Shown here in pieces: positions 38,737 through 49,492 of a DNA stretch of 64,000 nt. The position numbers and the translations under genes were made by a program. This DNA comes from Negativicutes bacterium (GTDB taxonomy: Bacteria; Bacillota; JAAYKD01): the NCBI GenBank assembly GCA_021372785.1, contig JAJFTT010000036.1:94029-158028 (forward strand), written 5' to 3'. The notes beneath the pieces were generated by a model, which was not told where the DNA came from, did no database searches, and saw nothing but the letters and a program-made list of their open reading frames with translations. How positions within the stretch are numbered: position 1 is the stretch's first letter; each line of letters opens with the position of its first letter.

Positions 38737-39570
38737 TTATTCGGAAAGCGGCTGAATGGAAATGGCTTCGTCCATCAGTTGTTCAAAATCGCTGACTGTC
38801 ATTTTTGCTAAAACACTATTAATCACATCCAGAAGTTCCTTGTTCCCTTTTTTAACGGAAATACCAAGATTGACTTCTTCATCGGACACCTGGAAATTGC
38901 CCTCAGTACCGCTAAAATCCAAAGTGATCAGATCATCATAAACTTTTTCCGCAGCCATCGCGGTGGGCAAATCACAGACCACATAATCCACTGCTTTGGA
39001 TTCCAGGGCGACCAACATGGCAGAGGCAGTCTCCTGAGCGGGGAGAATATTGGCATTGGCAATCTGAGGCAGACAAACATCATACCAAACGGTACCCAAC
39101 TGAGAAGTCGCGGTGCCGCCCGCTAAATCTGCAATGCTTTTGGCGTTGGCAAAAGCGCCGTCTTTGCTTGTCAGTGTCACAATGGAAGCATAGTAGTAAG
39201 GGATAGAAAAATCAACTTGTTCCATGCGCTCGGCCGTAATGGATTGACCGGCAATCACAGCATCCACATCACCGGATTTAAGAGCAGGAATCAAAGAATC
39301 CCAATCCAATTTGACAATTTCCAACTGATAACCCAATTTTTCAGCGATTTTCTTTGCCATCATCACATCATAACCGTTGGCATATTGAGAGCTGTCGGCA
39401 ATTTTCACCGCGTCATGCGTATTCGCGTCCTGAGCCCAGTTGTAAGGCGCATAACTGCACTCCATGGCTACGCGCAGAGTCTTTGTCTGTTCGTTATTGT
39501 TGCAGGCGGATACCGCAAACACCAGAAGCAGGAGTACCAGAATCGAACTAATCTTTTTCATTTTTATCAT
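38737..39570 (-). CDS. Amino-acid ABC transporter substrate-binding lipoprotein
   Basis: Signal peptide plus lipobox VSACNN; periplasmic-binding-protein type 3 fold length. Confidence 0.85.
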   Translation of the reverse strand: MIKMKKISSILVLLLLVFAVSACNNNEQTKTLRVAMECSYAPYNWAQDANTHDAVKIADSSQYANGYDVMMAKKIAEKLGYQLEIVKLDWDSLIPALKSGDVDAVIAGQSITAERMEQVDFSIPYYYASIVTLTSKDGAFANAKSIADLAGGTATSQLGTVWYDVCLPQIANANILPAQETASAMLVALESKAVDYVVCDLPTAMAAEKVYDDLITLDFSGTEGNFQVSDEEVNLGISVKKGNKELLDVINSVLAKMTVSDFEQLMDEAISIQPLSE

Positions 39571-39582
39571 CCTTTCCCTTTA

Positions 39583-39873
39583 TAAAAAAAACACGAGCAT
39601 TTTCACTTAAGAAAACACTCATGCCCCGTGTATGTATGAATACAATAACACGATCTATGATAGCGCTCCACCTAAGTGACAGTCCGCAGCATATTTTACT
39701 GCAGCCCAGCATCTCCTGTTCAGACAAATCAGGAAACACTTCGGCGAAACTCCCCTTTCAACACCGGCCGCTGTTCTGTCGTCGCCGCTGTTTACTGATG
39801 GTCTTCGCTCCTCTATCTTCTCATATTTTTTTATTATAAGAATTATCCTAACACATAAGGGAACACTTGTCAA
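39583..39873 (-). promoter_or_regulatory. Long leader with promoter, T-box-like element and intrinsic terminator upstream of the ABC transporter operon (candidate T-box riboswitch)
   Basis: Promoter TTGACA-17-TAGGAT at 39845-39873. The roughly 250-nt leader has AGAGA and AGUA boxes. cacUUAGGUGGAGCGCuau at 39659-39685 resembles the T-box consensus AAUUAGGGUGGNACCGCG. A hairpin ACACGGGGC...GCUCGUGU followed by U8 lies at 39583-39631. Confidence 0.4.
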
Positions 39874-39905
39874 GCGGATTTTTTTAAATTTCCAATTTTC
39901 AGAAG

Positions 39906-41225
39906 TTACGCTCGCTGCGCCTCATACTGCCGCAGTAACTGAACAAACAGCTTCGGAACCTTCCTCATATTTTCCGGTGTTTCTACGAATGAGATCCGGA
40001 ATTGCGTGCTGCCTGGATTCTGCTCGCCTTTGGGTATGTCATAAAATCCTTTTAAAGGCGCCAACAGCAAGGTTGTCTCCACGCCGTCGCAGCTTACCGA
40101 GCCTTTCTGAGCGCAGTATAAAACGAAATCAACACTGTCAAAGCCCGCTTTTACTATCTGTCTGACATCAATCACCGTATAGATCGAGGCATCCGGGTTG
40201 GAGACGATCAGCTCCGGTTCCTCTGCCAGTAAGGCATCGTGTACCTCAAAGATCATTTTCTGATAATAATCACGATTGCTTTTGCACCAGGCGGCTATTT
40301 CTTCTTTGCTTTCATGGGCGAGCGCGCCAAAAATATATTGGCCGATGACATTGGAGCAGAGATTTGTCGTGTATTCCGCCACCGAACGGTCATTGAATTC
40401 CGGACTGTCTGTAATCAGGGCGCCAACCCGTAAACCGCAGGCATTCCATACTTTCGAAGCAGTCTCGATACTGATCCTTCTGCCTTCGATGCCGGCTACT
40501 TCGGCATCTGTGAGACCCCAAATACTGACCAGTTCCTTGTCACCGGTGTAATATAATTCGCGGTAGGCCTCGTCACTGATCATCCACATATTATATTTAA
40601 CACAAAGCGCTGCCAACGCTCTGAGTTGCTCATAATCATAAAGCTGACCGGTTGGATTGTCATAGGGGATTACCAACATGGCGCCTGGTTTGCTGACCTG
40701 AATTGTTTTTTCAATTTCCGCAAGGGAAGGCAGGCTGAATTTACCTTCGTCGGATAGACTGCGTTTGACGGTGACTGTCTTGCGCCCGACTCTCTGCGCA
40801 AACGAGATATAATTGGTATAAGCCGGGTCAATCATCAGCAGCGGTTTTTCTTCCGAGCCGGCAGGACCGCAGACGCCCAAAATGACCAATTCCATAGCGG
40901 AAGAACCGCCGTCGGTCACCTGAACGACTAATTTATCGGTAGCGAAACCTTCACAGGCCAGGATATTTTTAAACGCATTCCGGCATTCTTCAAAACCTGC
41001 AGTGGTGGAATATCTGACGATACCTTCGGCAAAGGGGCTGTCGGGTGCATCCAGGTGAAACATTCTTTTTTGCATGGCTGGATTGGTTGGTAATGAAACA
41101 TTGCCAATGCCGACATTGATCACCGCCGCCGGTTTGTTTTGACGTTCCTCATATTTCATCTGAGCCAAACGCACGGCTGACGGTTTCCTTGATTCATAAT
41201 GAGCTGACAATTCCGGTTTACTCAT
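39906..41225 (-). CDS. PLP-dependent aminotransferase, class I/II
   Basis: About 440 aa aminotransferase fold. Start set at the internal MSKPELSAHY, since the preceding 16 aa lack an RBS context and overlap the promoter. Confidence 0.8.
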   Translation of the reverse strand: MSKPELSAHYESRKPSAVRLAQMKYEERQNKPAAVINVGIGNVSLPTNPAMQKRMFHLDAPDSPFAEGIVRYSTTAGFEECRNAFKNILACEGFATDKLVVQVTDGGSSAMELVILGVCGPAGSEEKPLLMIDPAYTNYISFAQRVGRKTVTVKRSLSDEGKFSLPSLAEIEKTIQVSKPGAMLVIPYDNPTGQLYDYEQLRALAALCVKYNMWMISDEAYRELYYTGDKELVSIWGLTDAEVAGIEGRRISIETASKVWNACGLRVGALITDSPEFNDRSVAEYTTNLCSNVIGQYIFGALAHESKEEIAAWCKSNRDYYQKMIFEVHDALLAEEPELIVSNPDASIYTVIDVRQIVKAGFDSVDFVLYCAQKGSVSCDGVETTLLLAPLKGFYDIPKGEQNPGSTQFRISFVETPENMRKVPKLFVQLLRQYEAQRA

Positions 41226-41271
41226 AGGTTTGTTCCCTCCTGAACATCTCAATCTAAAATTCATCGTCCTC

Positions 41272-41300
41272 ATAGTAGCACTTTATTCCGTGATTTGCAA
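41272..41300 (-). promoter_or_regulatory. Sigma-70-like promoter of the aminotransferase gene
   Basis: Minus strand TTGCAA-17-TACTAT. Confidence 0.45.
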
Positions 41301-41545
41301 GATTTGAGTCGATACTATTTTTGCACAATTCTTTTCTCCGCTGAATTACCAACCCAAATCCAGGCGTGACCGACATGCTTCGCTTTTGGCAGCACGACGC
41401 TGCGACGTTGACGCTCCCCATCGCTAAGCAAGAGATTTCCGGTTTTACTCGATAAGTCAGGCTCATGCCGAAACCGGTTTGCTTTTTCGGTCTGCCTCTC
41501 TATTTTCTGATTGCCCGGCTGCCAGCCGCATGCGCTTGCTTGCCG

Positions 41546-42913
41546 CTAAACTTCATTGCCCTCCCTCTCTGACACGATCGCTGTTTTTTGATTCAATTTG
41601 CCGTCGGACAGGAAGATCTCCGCTATCACTTGGCCCGTTGATTGGGGGATGGCAATTCCTAAAATTCTCGCCATGGTTGGGGCGATGTCTGTCATTTCAG
41701 CCGCCGCGAAACAATAGTCTTTCTTCATCATATCACCCGAAATCAGCAAATTACAGCGGTAGTTTGGCTTATCCGGGGAATAGCCATGCGTGGCATAAGG
41801 GATATTTTGCGCTGCCAGATCGAGAATAACCGGTAATTCAAGGCTGTCGTCAAAACAATAGCCGAGCTTTGCTTCCAACATCACAGGAACACTTGAGTCC
41901 ACATGCAGCGCATCCAACTCCTGACGGGTCATGATTTTCTCGATGCCATAACAGCCTTCTGCGCAAGCGTCCTGCAAAACCGTGAGAGCCAAACGCTCGG
42001 CTTCGGCATCGCCCGAACGAAGATGCAGATACGCAGAGCCGCCGGCGCTTTGACAGTAAGCTCTCCAGCTCATTTTGCCATTTTCTTCACTGATTAAACC
42101 TGCGGCTGCCAGCAACTGATTCAGACGAACCCGGTATCTGACGTTGAATTGACCATGATCACCTACGACAAGCAAGACAGTTTCTTCGCGGATGCCGGCT
42201 TCCTCAACTGCTTGCATGATTTTACCCAATCTGATGTCCATCCGCGCCAGCACCTGCTCAATTTCCGGACCGTTTGTCCCTCGTTTGTGCTTTGTATCAT
42301 CCAGATCAACCAGATGCAGGAGTAAAAGATTGGGTTTCTTCCGGCGAATCGTATCCACAGCGCAAAGGGTTGAAAAATCATCCAGCTGCGGCTGTTCAAT
42401 CCCTTTGCGGTAGCGCCCATACTTCCACTCCATCGCAAGACAGTAGAGCGGGCTGCCGTTTCTCAGGATCTTCAGGGTTTGATTCTCCTGCCTAATCGCC
42501 ACAATCTCCGGCAAATTGTAACGGATGCGCGCCTTACCGCTGACCGGCCAGAGGATCGCCGCCGCCGTCAGGCCGGCTGCGTCTGCCGCGTCATAAATGG
42601 TTGCTGTTTTGATTTCTCGTCGATACCAATACCAACTCTGATCCTTTTCGCTGACAAACGGTTCAAAATGATTGTTATGGATAACACCATGCCGATCCGG
42701 ATCAACCCCAGTCACCATTGTAGTGTGTACAACATAAGTCAGCGTAGGATAAACGCTTCTCAATTGTGTTGTATAGGCGCCGTTTTCGATTAACTGCTTC
42801 AAGTTCGCATATCGGCTTGCCTGTTGCCAATTTTCTTCTGAGAATGCATCATAGGAAATGACAATCAGGTGTTTTGCTGTCTGCGGTTTCGTCTGTTCCT
42901 GTGGCGCTGGCAT
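41546..42913 (-). CDS. Alkaline-phosphatase-superfamily nucleotide pyrophosphatase/phosphodiesterase (type I phosphodiesterase)
   Basis: 455 aa; metal-site motifs LIVISYDAFS..., TYPTLTYVVHTTMVTG, DHG(Q/H). Confidence 0.7.
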   Translation of the reverse strand: MPAPQEQTKPQTAKHLIVISYDAFSEENWQQASRYANLKQLIENGAYTTQLRSVYPTLTYVVHTTMVTGVDPDRHGVIHNNHFEPFVSEKDQSWYWYRREIKTATIYDAADAAGLTAAAILWPVSGKARIRYNLPEIVAIRQENQTLKILRNGSPLYCLAMEWKYGRYRKGIEQPQLDDFSTLCAVDTIRRKKPNLLLLHLVDLDDTKHKRGTNGPEIEQVLARMDIRLGKIMQAVEEAGIREETVLLVVGDHGQFNVRYRVRLNQLLAAAGLISEENGKMSWRAYCQSAGGSAYLHLRSGDAEAERLALTVLQDACAEGCYGIEKIMTRQELDALHVDSSVPVMLEAKLGYCFDDSLELPVILDLAAQNIPYATHGYSPDKPNYRCNLLISGDMMKKDYCFAAAEMTDIAPTMARILGIAIPQSTGQVIAEIFLSDGKLNQKTAIVSEREGNEV

Positions 42914-42914
42914 G

Positions 42915-44168
42915 CTAGACCACTTCCGCTTCCGCGCTTTTCACCGCATCCTTTGGTAAAGTGATGAAGACGAAAAAGCCTGCGATGAACAGCGGAATAA
43001 TTGCCAGAATACTCAATTTGGCATTACCGGTCAGGGTCGTTGTCAATGCCATAATCGCTGGTCCTACAATCGCAGCGAATTTGCCAAAGATATTATAGAA
43101 ACCAAAGAATTCGTTGGATTGTTCCTTGGGGATGATCTTGGCATAATACGACCGACTCAAGGCTTGAATACCGCCTTGCGCAGAGCCGATTAAAGCGCCT
43201 AAAATAAAAATATGCCAGACAGAACTGATAAAGAAAGCGGCGATACAGGAGACGATGTAGGTGAAAATGCCAACAATGATCATGCTTCTGGCAGAATACT
43301 TCTGCGCCAGATTGCCATAGAGAATCGCGCAGGGAAAAGCAATGATCTGAATCACCAATAAAATCCCCAGCAGGGTGAAGGTATCCAGCGCATTGGTACC
43401 TAAGACCGTTGTGGCATAAGGCACCACCATCTTGATGATCGTATCCACGCCGTCAATATAGAGGAAATAAGCAATGAGAAAAACGAAAACAGTTTTATGC
43501 TGTTTAATGTTGTGGAATGTTTTTGCCAGTCGCTTAAAGCTGTTGCCGATGGGGTTGGGTTCCGATTCGATGTAATGCTTCTGCCGCACATCTTTGATCA
43601 TCGGCACGGTTAAAAGTCCCCACCAGAGCGCGGTGACGATAAAGCCAATCTGATAACCGATTGCCTTGTCCATACCCAAAAGAAAAACTAAAACCAGACT
43701 GATCCCAAAAGGAATCACACTGGAAATATAACCGAAGGCAAAACCGCTGGTAGACACCTTATCCATTCTGTCATCCGGCGTGATATCAACTAAAAAGGAA
43801 TCATAGAAAATATTCGAGCCGGCAAAGCCGATGGCCGACAAAATAAAAAAGAGGATCAACAATTGCCATTGCCCGCTGGCCGGAGAAACAAAAGCCAAAG
43901 CTGCTGTCGAAAGGATACCGAGAAAAGCAAAGAAAATGAAAAAGCGCTTTTTCTTATCCTTATAGTCGGCAATCGTGCCTAAAATCGGGCTGAGAATGGC
44001 GATAAAAATACTGGCAATGGAATCAAAATAACCCAGATCCATACTGCTCTGCACATTGCGGAACATGCCGAAAACAATGGGCAGCAGCGCTGTCGTCACT
44101 GCCATAGAATAAGCCGAATTACCGCAGTCATACAACACCCAGGATCTTTCCTCTTTCGTCAGTTTCAT
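42915..44168 (-). CDS. MFS transporter
   Basis: 417 aa with 12 TM and an MFS-like loop 2-3; 1-nt gap to the phosphodiesterase gene. Confidence 0.8.
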   Translation of the reverse strand: MKLTKEERSWVLYDCGNSAYSMAVTTALLPIVFGMFRNVQSSMDLGYFDSIASIFIAILSPILGTIADYKDKKKRFFIFFAFLGILSTAALAFVSPASGQWQLLILFFILSAIGFAGSNIFYDSFLVDITPDDRMDKVSTSGFAFGYISSVIPFGISLVLVFLLGMDKAIGYQIGFIVTALWWGLLTVPMIKDVRQKHYIESEPNPIGNSFKRLAKTFHNIKQHKTVFVFLIAYFLYIDGVDTIIKMVVPYATTVLGTNALDTFTLLGILLVIQIIAFPCAILYGNLAQKYSARSMIIVGIFTYIVSCIAAFFISSVWHIFILGALIGSAQGGIQALSRSYYAKIIPKEQSNEFFGFYNIFGKFAAIVGPAIMALTTTLTGNAKLSILAIIPLFIAGFFVFITLPKDAVKSAEAEVV

Positions 44169-44462
44169 TATGGAACCTCCCTTAAATTAGCTGCTGCTGC
44201 TTTGTTGTGCGCAGGCAGCTGAATCACATAATCTTGCGGCGGTCACTCCGCCGCAGCGTGTGACAGGATTTCAATCAATAACCCGGCCGCTCTGAGCTCA
44301 AACCGGGTCCCCGCATGGGCTGCGATTTCTGTGAGAGCAGCTTTCTCCCGGACATATGCTCTTCGGCGGTTTACAAATCCCTGTAAAAAGCTTCATCCAC
44401 ACTTGTTTTGATGGCATAATCGTCCTATTCTGCGCTTATCCGCAGAGCAGCCGCTAAAAAAT

Positions 44463-45350
44463 TCAAGCAAGGTTTGCATCCGGCAGTTCGATCTTCTGTT
44501 TTGAGCGTACTGTAATGCCGGCCCCCGTCAGGGGATGCGCAAAACTCAAACTCACTGCGCAAAGCTGCTGGCTCTGATAACCATACGCTCGGGAAAATTC
44601 CTCTGAAGCCTCGGAACCATACTGTGAATCTCCCAACAAGGGAAATCCGGCAGAGGCGCAATGCACGCGCAATTGGTGGGTGCGCCCGGTTTCCGGTTGC
44701 AGCTGCAGCAGACTGCACGCCGCAGTTTTCTGCAATACCCGGTAAAAGGTCTTGGCATACTGTCCGTCCGTGCGGACACAGCGCAGCAGGCTGGTCTCCG
44801 AAAGACGGGCGATCGGCTGACAGATTACGTCCTGATCCCGGGCAGGATGACCAAAGACAGCCGCATGATAGGTTTTCACGATACGGCCGCTGCTGAGCTG
44901 CTCACTCATTTTAGCATGGATATGCGCATTTTTAGCGATCAGCACCACGCCAAAGGTATCACGGTCGAGCCGATTGATCAGATGAATCGCACACTTCTGA
45001 TTGGTCTGTTGATAATAATATAAGATGCGGTTGGCCAGCATGCCGGATTCCCGATTGGCGGTCGGATGCATGATGATGCCGCTTGGCTTATCCAGGGCAA
45101 GCAGGGCTTCATCTTCATAGAGAATGGTCAAATCCCCCTCTTCGGCGGCATAGTTGGGTGCCTGCTCTTCGATCTCGATACTGATCCGATCGCCGACGGC
45201 AACACGATGATATAACCTGACTTGCTCGCCATTGACGCGGCAGACATTGCGCAGTTTCAGCCGTTTTGTCAAGGTCGCCGAAAGCCCCATCTCACTGCGC
45301 AGGAAAGTAATCAGCTTCCCCTCCCGCGCTGCGGTATGTTCCAGCAGCAA
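44463..45350 (-). CDS. RluA-family 23S rRNA pseudouridine synthase with N-terminal S4 domain
   Basis: S4-like N-terminus and catalytic motif NRLDRDTFGVVLIAKN. Confidence 0.85.
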   Translation of the reverse strand: MLLEHTAAREGKLITFLRSEMGLSATLTKRLKLRNVCRVNGEQVRLYHRVAVGDRISIEIEEQAPNYAAEEGDLTILYEDEALLALDKPSGIIMHPTANRESGMLANRILYYYQQTNQKCAIHLINRLDRDTFGVVLIAKNAHIHAKMSEQLSSGRIVKTYHAAVFGHPARDQDVICQPIARLSETSLLRCVRTDGQYAKTFYRVLQKTAACSLLQLQPETGRTHQLRVHCASAGFPLLGDSQYGSEASEEFSRAYGYQSQQLCAVSLSFAHPLTGAGITVRSKQKIELPDANLA

Positions 45351-45490
45351 AGCAACACCTCCCCGCTCTCTATTATTCCAGGCTTAATTTTCTGCCTCAC
45401 AGATCTGCCTGCTGCAGATCCTGCGGAAAAACGTTCTCGTGTTTCTCTCTCTTGATTTTTTCATCAAATTATTTCCCGCATTGTCTGAAC

Positions 45491-48400
45491 TTATCCTGCG
45501 GGCTGCCGCTGCAAAACTTGGTCAATAAAGATCTTGACGATGTCCGGATCAAACTGCGTACCGGCAACACGCAGCAGTTCCGTTTTTGCTTCTTCCAGCG
45601 TCATCGATTTCTTGTAGGGCCGCTCCGCCGTCATTGCTTCAAAGGCATCGGCGACACTGATGATGCGGGAAATCAGCAAAATCTGATTGCCTTTTAAACC
45701 GCTCGGGTAACCTTTGCCGTCCCAATGTTCGTGATGCTGCAAGGCGTGGATCGCCAAATCGGAATACTCATCGGCCGCCCGCAGGATTTGATAACCAACT
45801 TGGGTGTGATTTTTGATCAGATCGTATTCTTCCGCGCTCAATTTCCCCGGTTTCTGCAGAATGGCATCCGGGATTGACATCTTGCCGATATCATGATACA
45901 TCCCCGCCATTTCCAGTTCTTTCAGCTGATCCGCCGGTAAATTCATCGCCTCACCAATCTGACGGGCATAGTAGCGAACCCGTTCGGAATGGTTCTTTTC
46001 CAATTGGTATTTATCGGTCAGAGTTTGCAGAATTGCCTGAATCGCATGGTTGCGCACACTGATACCTTCGGTAAATTTCTGACGATACATATGATTTTCC
46101 GCGGATTTCAGCATTTCATCCAGACTTTGCAAGCGACCTTCCTTGCTTTCATAACCGATGGCAACCGAGAGGGGAACATTCATAATCAGGTTCTCCGCCA
46201 TACTTCGCCTGATCGCATCCTTATAAACATCCATTGTCTGCAGGGACGTATGCGGTAACAGAATGGCGAATTCGTCCCCGCCGATACGCGCAATCACATC
46301 ACAAGCCTGAAATGTCTCACTCAGAATTTTTGTTACAGCAGTCAGCGCCAGATCGCCTGCCGTGTGTCCGTAGGCGTCATTGATGATCTTCAAGCCGTTG
46401 ACGTCCAACATCATCACACCCAGCGGATATTGCGCCGTGCGCACAAAAGTATCGAAAGCCTCTACAAAGTATCTGCGGTTATACAAACCCGTCAAATAAT
46501 CGTGATTGCCCAGATATTCAATCTCACGCTGCTTCTGCTTCTTTTCCGTGACATCGCGGAAAACCAGGACGGCACCGATGATTTCGCCATTGTCCTGATG
46601 AATGGGCGAAGCGCTGTCTTCAATAAAGTAACGGCTGCCGTCCCTGGCGAGCAAAATCGTATGATTGGCTAATTCCACTACTTCACCGCTGAGGAAAACT
46701 TTTTCAATCGGATTTTCACAGGGTAAATTGTTTGGATCGGAAACAATCTGAAACACCTCCGCAAAGGGTTTGCCTTGTGCTTCCTCTTCTTGCCAGCCTG
46801 TCAGCCGCTCTGCCACTCCGTTCAATGAAGTAATACGCCCCTCTGCGTCGGTAGCGATGACGCCGTCTCCGATTGAATGCAGGGTAGCGCTTAAGGTTTC
46901 CCTCTCCTGCAACAGCTGCAATTCCAATTGTTTGCGTTGATTGATCACTTCGGTATAAACGATAATGCCGCCGATTTGCTGATTCTCATCATACCAGGGA
47001 CGGCATTCCCAGCGTGTCCAGTCTACGCTGCCGTCCTGATGTATATAAGAGTCGTCATCCGCTTTTGAAACGATCCCTTGCAATGCCATTTGATGCACAT
47101 CCCGCCATTTTTGCGGTAAATCCGGAAACACCTCATAATGGTTCTTGCCGATAATATTTTGACCGGAAATGCCATACTCTTCCAGATATCTCTCACTGAC
47201 AAACAGATAATTCAGTTCTCTGTCGAAAACAGACACACCGCCATTGCTGTGATTGATGATATAGTCCAGTAAGCGATGCGACTGCAGCAAGGCCTGCTCC
47301 GCTTTTTTGCGGTCGGTGATATCAGAAACCAAAACCGCAAACTGCCTTGGCCGGATGGCATAGGAATAGGTGGCATAATAACGTTTTGTCGTCTCCAGAT
47401 AATTTTCATAATACATCGCTTCGCCGCTCAGGGCTACTTTACCTAGCATCTCAATCCAATAAAGTTCCACTTGCGGCATCACTTCGGTGATGCGTTTGCC
47501 GATTGCGTTTTCCCGCGTAACACCCAATAAGCTTGTGTAGCTGTCATTCAGATCCAAAAAAACATAATCAACAGGTTTTCCGTTGGCATCGGTGATAATT
47601 TCATGCAATGCGAGTCCCTGACTCATGGAAGAATAGAGCAGCCGATATTTTTGCTCCGACTCCTGCAGTTGCTGCTGCAATTGAACCCGATCCGTGATAT
47701 CCTGTTGATTGCCGAAATGACCGATGACTTTTCCGGTTTCGTCATACATGACGATGTAATCGCCTTCGATGATCATCCTGCTGCCGTCGGCGCGCTTTTC
47801 CTCCGTAATGGCATGTAAATAACCGGCATCCAGCATCTGCCGCCAAAATGAGAAGCCCTGTTTCAATTGATCGGCAAAAGAATCACGCGGTGTCCTTGAC
47901 ATCAACTCTGCCGCGCTCAGACCATACTGCTGCAGCAGGGCCGGATTGACTTTTGTATCACGTTGGTGATCAAAAATGTAAGCCAGCGTTTCTTCTTTGT
48001 CGATGGAATCATTCCACTCCACCGGCTGATCGAGCATCATAAAAAAGGAACCGGTCAGCGACTGTGTGAAGAACAGATTGAGCAGCCTTTCACTCTTTTC
48101 TTTGATCTCCGTTTCGGCAATCAGCTTTTGGTTCAATTCCGCCAAGGTTCGGCGGGCATTTTCCAGCTTACTGGTTCTTTCTTCCACCAAATCTTCCAGG
48201 TGATTCATAATCGATTCTGTTTTATCGGCCATGATGTTGAATGCCTGCGCTAGGTTGCCAATTTCATCGGCTTGCCTGACGGGCACCCGCGGAGAAAAAT
48301 TGCCTTCACCATAGTCTTTGGTCGCTTTCACCAAAGCTGTCAACGGTTGAAACGCTTTTTGCAGGTAGAATAAATAGAGCAGGATCACCGCGATGACTGC

Positions 48401-49492
48401 CAGAAAGAACGCACCCAAAGCTAAACGAACATTGTCTCGCCAGCCGGTTTCCAGATAGGACTGCGGAATTGCGGAAAGAACGACCCAATTGATCCCTTGA
48501 TTTTGCACTTCAACGGCACTGAAAAAAAGGTCGAACTCATTGTCGATGTAACGATAATTTGCCGTTCCTGTCGAGAGATACTGCCGATAAGCGCTGGCTA
48601 AAGCGCGGTTGCCCAGCTGATCAATCTTCACCCTTTCCAAAACTCCATCTTCCGCAAAGGAAAAATTGGCGAGATTGAGGGAATTGGAAACCAGATATTC
48701 AGAATCCTTTTCGACGATCACGGCCAAGCCCTGGCTTTGGCTGACTGTCTCCCGCAGAAAAGTCTCAATGCCGGAGAGGATGACATGGGCTCCCAGAACG
48801 CCTGCTAATTCACCGGTTGGCTGATAGATGGGATAAGCCGCGGATACCGTCAGATCATTCATGACGAAGTGCTGATAAATGGGTGAAAACGTACCGCTCT
48901 TTGCTGTGTCGGCTGCCCTGTACCAATCCCGCGTTCGCGGATCAAAAGCGGTGGCAGTCTGCAAGATAATGTCACCTGTACTCATGTCCTCGTTCAGGCT
49001 GTAATACCAGGTATGACCTCCGGTAGCGGCATTGTTTCTCATAATTTCGATTGCACCGGCGGCATTTCGTCTGGCGCCATAATATTCGCCGGTTTGTGTC
49101 CCGTAGCTTAAACTGTAGACTGCCTGTTCGTAAGCTTTTAAGACACCCGCGAAGTACTTTTCACGTTCGACCGCGTTGTTTAAATCGACAATCTCATTCT
49201 CGAACAGAAGATGCTGTACCTCGTTGATTTGCAGCGGGGTACGGATAAATTCTTCAATTTGACTTTCTATTTTCGAATTCAAATTCGCTGCCATTTGATT
49301 CATCATCTCATCGGAGGAGGAACGCCAGTTGGAAAAAACAAAATAGCCGATACCGATTGTTGAAATCCCCATAATTGTGATGAAAATAACAATAGTCGTT
49401 TGTTTGATGGTCAATTGATGTCTGGAAATGTTCGCGTTCATAGGCTCAACCTTTCTGGCGGGTGATGAAAAATTGCTCGGGGATCTGGGCAA
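45491..49492 (-). CDS. Multidomain c-di-GMP signalling protein: periplasmic dCache-like sensor, TM, HAMP, 4x PAS, GGDEF, HD-GYP
   Basis: 1333 aa: two TM segments flanking a ~300-aa extracytoplasmic domain, HAMP (DEIGNLAQAFNIMAD), four PAS repeats, RIGGDEF diguanylate cyclase, HD-GYP (HD...HHEHWDGKGYP). Confidence 0.85.
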   Translation of the reverse strand: MPRSPSNFSSPARKVEPMNANISRHQLTIKQTTIVIFITIMGISTIGIGYFVFSNWRSSSDEMMNQMAANLNSKIESQIEEFIRTPLQINEVQHLLFENEIVDLNNAVEREKYFAGVLKAYEQAVYSLSYGTQTGEYYGARRNAAGAIEIMRNNAATGGHTWYYSLNEDMSTGDIILQTATAFDPRTRDWYRAADTAKSGTFSPIYQHFVMNDLTVSAAYPIYQPTGELAGVLGAHVILSGIETFLRETVSQSQGLAVIVEKDSEYLVSNSLNLANFSFAEDGVLERVKIDQLGNRALASAYRQYLSTGTANYRYIDNEFDLFFSAVEVQNQGINWVVLSAIPQSYLETGWRDNVRLALGAFFLAVIAVILLYLFYLQKAFQPLTALVKATKDYGEGNFSPRVPVRQADEIGNLAQAFNIMADKTESIMNHLEDLVEERTSKLENARRTLAELNQKLIAETEIKEKSERLLNLFFTQSLTGSFFMMLDQPVEWNDSIDKEETLAYIFDHQRDTKVNPALLQQYGLSAAELMSRTPRDSFADQLKQGFSFWRQMLDAGYLHAITEEKRADGSRMIIEGDYIVMYDETGKVIGHFGNQQDITDRVQLQQQLQESEQKYRLLYSSMSQGLALHEIITDANGKPVDYVFLDLNDSYTSLLGVTRENAIGKRITEVMPQVELYWIEMLGKVALSGEAMYYENYLETTKRYYATYSYAIRPRQFAVLVSDITDRKKAEQALLQSHRLLDYIINHSNGGVSVFDRELNYLFVSERYLEEYGISGQNIIGKNHYEVFPDLPQKWRDVHQMALQGIVSKADDDSYIHQDGSVDWTRWECRPWYDENQQIGGIIVYTEVINQRKQLELQLLQERETLSATLHSIGDGVIATDAEGRITSLNGVAERLTGWQEEEAQGKPFAEVFQIVSDPNNLPCENPIEKVFLSGEVVELANHTILLARDGSRYFIEDSASPIHQDNGEIIGAVLVFRDVTEKKQKQREIEYLGNHDYLTGLYNRRYFVEAFDTFVRTAQYPLGVMMLDVNGLKIINDAYGHTAGDLALTAVTKILSETFQACDVIARIGGDEFAILLPHTSLQTMDVYKDAIRRSMAENLIMNVPLSVAIGYESKEGRLQSLDEMLKSAENHMYRQKFTEGISVRNHAIQAILQTLTDKYQLEKNHSERVRYYARQIGEAMNLPADQLKELEMAGMYHDIGKMSIPDAILQKPGKLSAEEYDLIKNHTQVGYQILRAADEYSDLAIHALQHHEHWDGKGYPSGLKGNQILLISRIISVADAFEAMTAERPYKKSMTLEEAKTELLRVAGTQFDPDIVKIFIDQVLQRQPAG

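Noticed and set aside
41274-41545. Possible riboswitch or terminator in the GC-rich segment ggggagcgtcaacgtcgcagcgtcgtgctgcc upstream of the aminotransferase
   Set aside because: A good TTGCAA-17-TACTAT promoter lies just 45 nt before the start codon. The GC-rich dyads are short and lack a U-tract, so no class could be assigned.
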